Of a DNA stretch of 64,000 nucleotides, positions 51,142-57,674 are shown piece by piece; within the stretch, counting starts at the first letter, position 1; the number at the start of each line of letters is the position of its first letter. Under the pieces are notes generated by a model that saw nothing but the letters and a program-made list of their open reading frames with translations, was not told the origin of the DNA and searched no databases. Origin of the DNA: an uncultured Gammaproteobacteria bacterium (lineage in GTDB: Bacteria > Pseudomonadota > Gammaproteobacteria > JACCXJ01); NCBI GenBank assembly GCA_963764725.1, contig CAVXTM010000018.1:1-64000 (forward strand), written 5' to 3'. The translations under genes and the position numbers were made by a program.

Positions 51142-51707
51142 CAGGAAACCCTCTTCCAGCCGCCTCCGTTGGGATCACGGCAGTGCATGCCATTTTCACT
51201 CACCTCCTTTCCTTGGACATAAGCCACCTCGTGTGTTTGCCGGCATTCCTGTCCCCTGGTGTCATAACCCACAGGAGTGGCAGTTGTCTGCCCTTCGACA
51301 TCTTTGTTGTGGTCGCTTTTCCACGTTACCGCCGCCGTTTGGCCAGATTCGACGGGTGTATCCAACGCTTTTTGAGTCGCGCCAGCAGCAATTTGCCGGT
51401 CACGTTCGTCCAGATACCGAGCGATAGTATAGCCGGCCGTGCCACCGACCAGACCACCGATTGCTGCACCGATCCATGCACCATCCTCACCGCCGATTGC
51501 CTTTCCTATCAAAGCGCCTACTCCTGCACCAGCTACGGTTCCTAAACCTGTGCTAACCTGACTTCGATTGGTGCCAGCGCACGCAGTCAGACTACCCGCT
51601 AAGAACAAAATCACAAAAAACTTTGCACCTTCGTTTCTGAACGTTTTCGGTAGGTTTTCGATGCTGCAATTTTCTTGACTAATAGACATATTCGCTTCTC
51701 CTTTCAT
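51141..51707 (-). CDS. Glycine-zipper lipoprotein, RT0821/Lpp0805 (17-kDa antigen) family
   Basis: Lipobox LTAC, GAGVGALIG...GAAIGGLVGG..G, LDERDR, CRQ...CRDPNGGGW. Confidence 0.85.
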   Translation of the reverse strand: MKGEANMSISQENCSIENLPKTFRNEGAKFFVILFLAGSLTACAGTNRSQVSTGLGTVAGAGVGALIGKAIGGEDGAWIGAAIGGLVGGTAGYTIARYLDERDRQIAAGATQKALDTPVESGQTAAVTWKSDHNKDVEGQTTATPVGYDTRGQECRQTHEVAYVQGKEVSENGMHCRDPNGGGWKRVS

Positions 51708-51804
51708 AAGGTCTTCTTTTCGTTAAAATCCGGCGGACGCGGGACAAAGCTTTCCACATCCGTAGCCATTTAGCCGTCCTAGCAAATCAGCATTTTCCTG
51801 AATG

Positions 51805-51841
51805 CATTAATTACAGACGTACACGGCCCCCGAAATTTGCC
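51805..51841 (-). promoter_or_regulatory. Conserved spaced motif, copy 2
   Basis: GGCAAA-TTTCGGGGGCCG-TGTACGTCTGTAATTAATG; about 100 nt upstream of the 51707 gene. Confidence 0.6.
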
Positions 51842-51858
51842 AAAGAGTTGAAAAAACG

Positions 51859-52079
51859 TACACCGCTTGCAGATGGAGGGCTTAATGGCCACGTGCCCAC
51901 TACCCCCGTATACGTCACACCTCCTATCCAGTTCCTGTTCGTCGCCCCGTAGCTTTGGATTGGACTTCCTTCAGACCCCACCTCGCGGTGACGCCCTTGC
52001 CCTTCTCCTAACCTTCGGCTCTGCGAATACGTGGTATCGGGACTCTCACCCGACTCGCTTCGTGCCATGCTCGGCACAC
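51859..52079 (-). mobile_element. 5' fragment (domain I) of a class C group II intron
   Basis: Starts GTGTGCCGAGCATGG...GGGTGAGAGTCCCG...GCAAGGG.GTC...TCTGAAGGAAG, matching IIC intron 5' ends; no RT ORF. Confidence 0.8.
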
Positions 52080-52110
52080 ACGCCTGAATTAAGGACGATT
52101 ATGCAGTTCA

Positions 52111-52782
52111 ATGCCCCGTCGTCCACGGATCGCTTTGGCCGGTGTGCCGCTACATCTCATCCAGCGAGGCAACAACCGCGCTGCCTGTTTCTTCGAGGAG
52201 GAGGAGGACTACCGGTTCTATCTCGACCTCGTAGGCGAGCTCTCGGGCAAGTTCGGTTGCGCGGTACATGCCTATGTGCTGATGACCAATCACGTGCATC
52301 TGCTCCTCACACCAGACAAGGCAGACAGTGCCTCGTTGCTGTTGAAGCACCTGGGGCAGCGTTACGTTCAGTACATCAACCACAGCTATCGTCGCAGCGG
52401 TACCCTTTGGGAAGGCCGTTTTCGGTCTTGTGTTGCACGGGAGACGGACTATGTGCTCGCCTGCTACCGGTATATCGAGATGAATCCGGTACGGGCAGCG
52501 ATGGTCAAGCACCCGCGGCATTACCGTTGGTCGAGCTACCGGATTAACGCCGAAGGGCGCGCATCGAATGTGATTACTCAGCACGAACACTACCGAGCAC
52601 TGGGGCGCTTAGAGCAAGCGCGCCGGGAAGCCTACCGGGCCTTGTTCAAAACCGAGCTGGACCCGGAGGTGCTACGGGACATCCGCTTGGCGACCCATGG
52701 GAACTACGCCCTAGGAATTGCAGAAAACCCTCCAGCGCGCTTTGCACTATCTATCTCTCAACGCACGGCGCGCCCATCCTAA
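52111..52782 (+). mobile_element. REP-associated tyrosine (Y1 HUH) transposase, RAYT-like; C-terminus replaced after GNYALG
   Basis: HLIQRGNNR, AYVLMTNHVHLL, GTLWEGRF, RYIEMNPVRA.MV, YRWSSY. Confidence 0.9.
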
Positions 52783-52964
52783 GAGAGACCAGCGCTCAGG
52801 ACGCCTTAAACTCGGTTTGCAGCACGTTTACGGTGCCTCTTAAGAACTAACGTATGAAGCTCTGCTAATTTCAATAAATAAGAACCCGGTTTACACCGAG
52901 CGTATCGCGTGCCGTTCGGGTTTCCCCAGGTCAGGACAATTCCTGTTGGGGATGCGTACACACG

Positions 52965-53001
52965 CATTGATTACACACGTACAAAGCTCCCAATATTTGC
53001 C
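52965..53001 (-). promoter_or_regulatory. Conserved spaced motif, copy 3 (no intact gene directly downstream)
   Basis: GGCAAA-TATTGGGAGCTT-TGTACGTGTGTAATCAATG. Confidence 0.55.
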
Positions 53002-53111
53002 GGTTGAGTGAAAATATTTTTTTCGCATTCGCTATAGACGGCGGGAGATGGGCGCGAAAGTGGATTGCGCAGAGAGGTTGTTTGTAAACGATATTTGCGA
53101 CATAACAAGAA

Positions 53112-53137
53112 GTGGGGCGAGCCGGAACTCGCCCCAC
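53112..53137 (-). terminator. Intrinsic terminator of the 53190-53759 gene
   Basis: GTGGGGCGAG-CCGGAA-CTCGCCCCAC 10-bp stem; TTCTTGTT follows on the minus strand. Confidence 0.75.
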
Positions 53138-53189
53138 CAGTAGTCTCAACTTCGCTTTGAAAAGAGACTCGGCGTTACCTGGCAGCCTT

Positions 53190-53759
53190 CTAATTCTGCA
53201 CGACCAGCGATTTCGCGCGGATGTATCCACCGTCCAGATAACTACCGAATTTTACTCGGACCTGATGGGTACCCGCCGGAAGTGTGTTGATACGGGCATC
53301 GATCCCCGAATAGGACCAACCGTACCCGCTGCACAGGTAGGGGAAGATTTGTGTGGGAACCGCGTCTTGCCAACCTGCAGGTCCTTGCGGATTTACCTCG
53401 ACCTGGGCCTTCACGTACGAATCTGAATAGATATCGGAACTGACGGGGAAAGATTCTCCGCCGTACAGTTCATAGCCCGTACATTCCGCGTGAAAGCTAA
53501 TGAGTACTTCCTGATTGGCTGCGGAGGTCGTAAAACTGTATTCCGTGCCACCGGGGTCAGCACCATTAAAATCCACCGTTCCGTTGCCGGGGACGCCTGG
53601 TTCGCCAGAGTCCGGGCTTGCTTGCTTAGTTACATTGGTCTTGATCAAGAGGATGGCCGCCGAGGCTTCGGTGGTCGCGAGACCCATGGCACTCGCGAGC
53701 GTCAGGGCAGCGAGCGTTTTGAACTTTGAATGTGTAGTTTTCATGGTATGTTGCTCCAA
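53190..53759 (-). CDS. Secreted hypothetical protein (all-beta domain)
   Basis: Signal peptide ending ASA (likely start MKTT at 53744, with GGAG RBS); beta-rich, two Cys. Confidence 0.75.
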   Translation of the reverse strand: MEQHTMKTTHSKFKTLAALTLASAMGLATTEASAAILLIKTNVTKQASPDSGEPGVPGNGTVDFNGADPGGTEYSFTTSAANQEVLISFHAECTGYELYGGESFPVSSDIYSDSYVKAQVEVNPQGPAGWQDAVPTQIFPYLCSGYGWSYSGIDARINTLPAGTHQVRVKFGSYLDGGYIRAKSLVVQN

Positions 53760-53935
53760 CTTAGCTAATTGACTTTCGGTCTAGATTTTGGTCGCTCCTA
53801 ACCTGCTACTTGACCGTGGCTAGCAACCGAAAAGTGGCCTGATACCGGTCTTCGTGTCCTACGGTGCCTTCTCTCACAATCCCTTTTACCTATGTGCCGG
53901 AGCTCGTTCGGCCCGGAACAGCGTTCCTCTGAACG

Positions 53936-53972
53936 CACTGATCACACACGTACACGGCCGGCGAAATTTGCC
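53936..53972 (-). promoter_or_regulatory. Conserved spaced motif, copy 4
   Basis: GGCAAA-TTTCGCCGGCCG-TGTACGTGTGTGATCAGTG; upstream of the 53759 gene. Confidence 0.6.
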
Positions 53973-54071
53973 AGCAAAGAAAAATTTTTGTAGGTTCTCT
54001 TGCTTCAGGTTCCGCCCCACTCTCCATCCATGTTCGTGGACTGCAAACCAAGACCGCCGCCGGAAGCTTTT

Positions 54072-54108
54072 CGCGAATCTGAAACGCAATGTACGTGTGT
54101 AAGGAGTG
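54072..54108 (+). promoter_or_regulatory. Conserved spaced motif, copy 5 (divergent orientation)
   Basis: CGCGAA-TCTGAAACGCAA-TGTACGTGTGTAAGGAGTG; upstream of the 54182 gene. Confidence 0.5.
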
Positions 54109-54181
54109 AAGCGGTGGTTAGCGTGGATTGCCGACCACCGCTGAAATCACTGGGCTGACATCCTCATGTCGGAGGTGTGCG

Positions 54182-54452
54182 ATGAACAAATGCCGCTCAG
54201 CGCTTCAAGCGCTGACACGCAAGACTCTCGCGGAGGAGAACCGCCACTATACGGGCCGCGGTGGGATCAGCGAGGAAACTCGCGGTCTCGGCTTCCTCCC
54301 CGCCTATCGCGAGCGCAACGGGTAACATCCATCTATCGCGCTTCGCCGATGGGCGCCGGGCTCCGATCCACTTGTTCGACGGACTGCCAGAGCAACTGGT
54401 CTTGAGGCGGGAGGTCTCCGGCAAGGTCGTTGCCCTCAAGGACTCGGTGTGA
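54182..54452 (+). pseudogene. Conserved hypothetical protein, frameshifted and 3'-truncated
   Basis: GGAGG RBS; LAEENRHYTGRGGISEE..GLGFLPAY / TGNIHLSRFADGRRAPIHLFDGLP..LV; ends at the adjacent inverted repeat. Confidence 0.65.
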
Positions 54453-54457
54453 ACTAC

Positions 54458-54807
54458 GAAAAAGGGACGGATTTATTTTTTAGCCCTTCGGGGACGTCCT
54501 CTGCCCCGGTGCTCGACGCGAATGCTCAGTTTTCGCTCAATCTCGTCTGCAAAACACTGTGTGCCGGTTGTCCACAGCTTAACGCGGAAGGCATTCTTGA
54601 GCCCAAGGAGGTTTGCCAAGTAGCATTGAAAGTCTTCCTCGATGGCGAAAACCACCTGCCGGTTGTGATCCCGCTGAGAGACGTGATGAGCGACTCCGGG
54701 TATAATAATCTTTAGCCTTCTCTTGGCATGGCTTGTTCCTCCTGAACACTGACCGCGGAATCAGTATTGCCGGAGCCTTTGCGGGAAATACATCCGTCCC
54801 CTTTTTC
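54458..54807 (-). mobile_element. Non-autonomous RAYT derivative: internally deleted Y1 transposase between inverted repeats
   Basis: IRs GAAAAAGGGACGGATTTATTT (54458-54478) and AAATACATCCGTCCCCTTTTTC (54786-54807). Inside: MPR..IIPGVAHHVSQRDHNRQVVF.. fused to ..FADEIERKLSIRVEHRGRGRPR. Confidence 0.78.
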
Positions 54808-54993
54808 TGTCTAGGACTTCCGGTTCGTGACTGAATCTCAAGAATCACCATGCCGGGGCCAATTCGCGGCCGTGTCTCGCTGACAGATAGATAGATCAAG
54901 TGAAACTTGGTCGCTGGGTGAAAGCTACGGAATCAGCGTATCCCTGGGAACGGGAAGCGCTTGGCTATCTTCGGCAGCATTTGCGAGGGTCGA

Positions 54994-55191
54994 ATGAAAT
55001 TCAATGAGCTGGTAAGGCTGCTGGAGAATAATGGTTTCGAGATTGTGAAAGAGAAAGGTTCAATCAGGTATTACGCCAAGCCCGGATGGAATAACGTAAT
55101 CCGGGTGGACTATCACGGGAACAAGGAGGTCCCCACCGGTACCTGTCGCGCCATTCTGAAAGCGGCAGCGATAAACACACGAAAAGGGTGA
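54994..55191 (+). CDS. hicA: HicA family toxin
   Basis: MKFNELVRLLENNGF....KGS.RYY......IRVDYHG.KEVP.GT..AILK.A. Confidence 0.85.
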   Translation: MKFNELVRLLENNGFEIVKEKGSIRYYAKPGWNNVIRVDYHGNKEVPTGTCRAILKAAAINTRKG

Positions 55192-55436
55192 CCGCGATGA
55201 TCGACTTGCCTTACGGACTCGTAATCGAGGCGACTGAAGAACCGGACTATTTTGGCTTCTACTCGCCCGAATTGGAAGGTTTTACCGGGGTGGGGCACTC
55301 CGTTGAGGATTGCCTGTACAAGGCTAAATGGGGCATGAAAGAACATGTGGCTTTGTTGAAGGACCGGGGACTCCCCATGCCACCGCCCAATCCCGACCCC
55401 ACGATCACGATCCAGAACGAGCGCAGGGCGGCGTAG
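55188..55436 (+). CDS. hicB: HicB family antitoxin (short form)
   Basis: Y.LVIE...EP.YFGFYSPELEGFTGVG.SVEDC......EH...L...GLPMP; overlaps the hicA stop. Confidence 0.85.
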   Translation: MTAMIDLPYGLVIEATEEPDYFGFYSPELEGFTGVGHSVEDCLYKAKWGMKEHVALLKDRGLPMPPPNPDPTITIQNERRAA

Positions 55437-55528
55437 TGGCTAGATCGGCACGTTGAACCTCGGCACTAGCTAGATCACGCGGAAGCTCCGCGTTTTTATG
55501 TGCGTTCCGGGCACAGCTTAAGGATTGG

Positions 55529-55597
55529 TTGATCGAAAGCGGACTTCTCGAAGACCTCAAGCGCGTTCTAAAACGCCTGGAGGACGACCTGCGGAGT
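55529..55597 (+). pseudogene. Possible 5' fragment of a BREX-2 PglX-like methyltransferase
   Basis: AAGGA RBS, TTG, then IESGLLEDLKRVLKRLEDDLR, resembling PglX N-termini; only about 23 codons. Confidence 0.35.
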
Positions 55598-55626
55598 GCC
55601 TTGCTCGTCCATTTCAACTCCATCAA
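55594..55626 (-). pseudogene. 5' stub of a ParE/RelE toxin
   Basis: MMELKWTSKAL overlaps the antitoxin stop, then unrelated sequence follows. Confidence 0.65.
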
Positions 55627-55883
55627 CGCGGTACGGGCAAGGGCTTGTTGGCATCGAGACTATCCGCCCAAGCTTGCACGGCCTGATGATCGATGACGCG
55701 GCCAGCATCGACCTCCGTTAAGGCCTCGAGTGTAAGGCGCCGGCGTTCTTCCTCTTGGTCAATCCAGGCTGTCAGCGCCTGCTTCACGATCCAACCACGC
55801 GATCGTTCGAGGCGAGCAGCTAGCTGATCCACCTTTTCCGCAAGAGCCAGCGGCACGTGTGCAGTCAAAACCTTGTTCGTCAC
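55623..55883 (-). CDS. CopG/RHH antitoxin (ParD-like)
   Basis: VLTAHVP..LAEKVDQLA.RLERSRGWIVKQAL.AWIDQEEER..LTLEAL..VDAGRVIDHQAVQAWADSL. Confidence 0.85.
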   Translation of the reverse strand: MTNKVLTAHVPLALAEKVDQLAARLERSRGWIVKQALTAWIDQEEERRRLTLEALTEVDAGRVIDHQAVQAWADSLDANKPLPVPR

Positions 55884-56029
55884 AGGGACCCTCTTGGACA
55901 GTGAAGAAATTTCAATCGTAGTGATTAACAATGAATTAGTGCAAGAGGCTATTGCCAAATTGTGTGATACCCCAACTCGATACTACTCCGTCGATCAAGT
56001 TTGGTCGTTTTGTGGATTGGCGCCAGCCT

Positions 56030-56105
56030 ATCGAGGAAGTCCGGATGCGGAAAACCGCTCGTACGGTGTGCGCGGCGAAAGGGGCCAGCAGGAGCTATCC
56101 CGGAT
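56030..56105 (+). mobile_element. Degenerate group II intron 3' end (domain V/VI)
   Basis: GAGGAAGTCCGGATGCGGAAAACCGCTCGTACGG...CTATCCCGGAT resembles DV-DVI. Confidence 0.45.
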
Positions 56106-56131
56106 TTTGTGGCCTGGCCCCCTTCCGGCGC

Positions 56132-56583
56132 CCTCATGACAGCCGCGTTTCACATTGGTTCCTGCGGATCCGGGGTCATCGCAGTGTCCAGCTGGGGCGC
56201 CGAGGCGTCGTCTGGCATCGCGGCAGGGTAGGTCTCAGCTAAGGGGGGCGGGGGTACAGGACCTTGCTGCACCGGATAAACATTCAATGGCTGCTCAGCC
56301 TGGCGGCTGAAGCATTGCGCCTCTAAGGAGCTACACGGCGGTTGAAATTTGCCGAAGGGGACTAAAAAAAATCAGCGCTCAAGTGGCGCCTTGTCTCCGG
56401 CCTGCAAAGCCAGCGCTAGGGCCGGACGACGTTATCGGCGAATCCGCCAACTGCTTGGTTAGTGCAGAAGCTTGTAAAGGAGGCAAGAAATTGGCCGTAT
56501 GACACAGGTCGGCGACGATCGGTAGATGGTGAAGTGTTGTAGGGTGCGAGGGACGCGCGATTTGGTGCGTCCAACGTCCAACG
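56132..56583. repeat. Diverged, internally deleted direct repeat of 47940-48950
   Basis: 56138-56313 matches 47946-48119 (gene 3' end). 56332-56583 matches 48697-48950 (motif copy 6, leader, REP). About 560 bp between the two blocks is missing. Confidence 0.9.
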
Positions 56584-56608
56584 CGAAGAAAATTTCCAAA
56601 CTTCAGAA

Positions 56609-56633
56609 AAAGGGGGCGCAAGGCGCCCCCTTG
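56609..56633. terminator. Intrinsic terminator hairpin
   Basis: AAGGGGGCGC-AAG-GCGCCCCCTT with a flanking A/T run. Confidence 0.7.
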
Positions 56634-56804
56634 AATTCGAGACCAATACCCAAAACCTTGCTTAGGTCCGGTTTCTGATCAACCAATCGCACGATACGTA
56701 CACGACCGATCAATAGCCTGACTTTCGAAAGTCAGCATAGATAACATCATCATCGATCCCAACCTTATTGGCTGTTGAATCAAAAAGCCAGCCCCCGAAC
56801 CGCG

Positions 56805-57642
56805 ATCGCGGCAATTCCGATATCGTCGAGGAACCCTTCGATGCCATCGACATTACGAGCGAAACTCAGACCTACGGGGTGAGCTTAAGCCACCCTTTTT
56901 ATCGCACCCCGAGGCGCCAGTTGCTCGCCGAGCTGGTATTCGAACGAAGACGCAGCGAGACGTTTCTCCTCGGCGAGCCCTTTCCCTTTTCGCCTGGAAC
57001 TGACGACGGTAAAAGCGACGTCACGGTGCTGCGCTTGCGGCAGGAATGGGTAGACCGCAGCCCCACCCATGTGCTCGCATTACGATCCACCCTAAGCTTC
57101 GGTCTCGATGCCCTAGGCGCTACCGAGAATCCGGGGATCTCCCGGACGGCAAGTTCTTCGCCTGGCTCGGCCAGGTACAGTGGGTGCGACGGCTTTGGGA
57201 TACCGATAACCAGGTACTCGTTCGGAGTGAGCTGCAGTGGGCGGCCGATCCGCTGCTGCCCTTGGAGCAGCTCGGTGTCGGAGGTGCGAGTACGGTGCGG
57301 GGCTATCGCGAGAACCTGCTGGTGCGGGATCGGGGTTTTGTGGGCTCGATCGAGTTTCGCTTTCCTGTATTCCGGCTGCCGCTGCCTTTCATCACCCAGG
57401 AACCCGAGGACGGCCAAGTGCAATTGGCGACGTTTTATGACTTCGGATGGAGCGAGAATGTGGAAGAACCTTCGCCTGACCCCAGGACCATCTCGAGCGC
57501 GGGGCTGGGCGTGCGCTGGGATCCGCACCCGAAGATCCACGGCGAGCTCTATTGGGGGTTTGCGTTCCGCAAGGTCAACACGGAAGAAAAGGGGCTGCAG
57601 GATCACGGGATCCACTTTGCCCTGGATGTGGCCTTGTTCTAG
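56805..57642 (+). pseudogene. ShlB/FhaC/HecB (TpsB) transporter, 5'-truncated; frameshift at 57133-57136
   Basis: IVEEPF..IDI.S, LLPLEQ..VGG.STVRGYREN, FYDFG, SAGLGVRW, LQDHGIHF; no signal peptide or POTRA region. Confidence 0.85.
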
Positions 57643-57674
57643 CGAAACATTGGCCCAGCTTCCGCTGCGCGCAG

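Noticed and set aside
47940-56583. CRISPR array interpretation of the repeated motif
   Set aside because: Copies are 0.1-3 kb apart, irregular and in both orientations; no cas genes.
56694-56720. Seventh copy of the spaced motif (ACGTACAC core)
   Set aside because: No GGCAAA-like hexamer at the 16-nt spacing.
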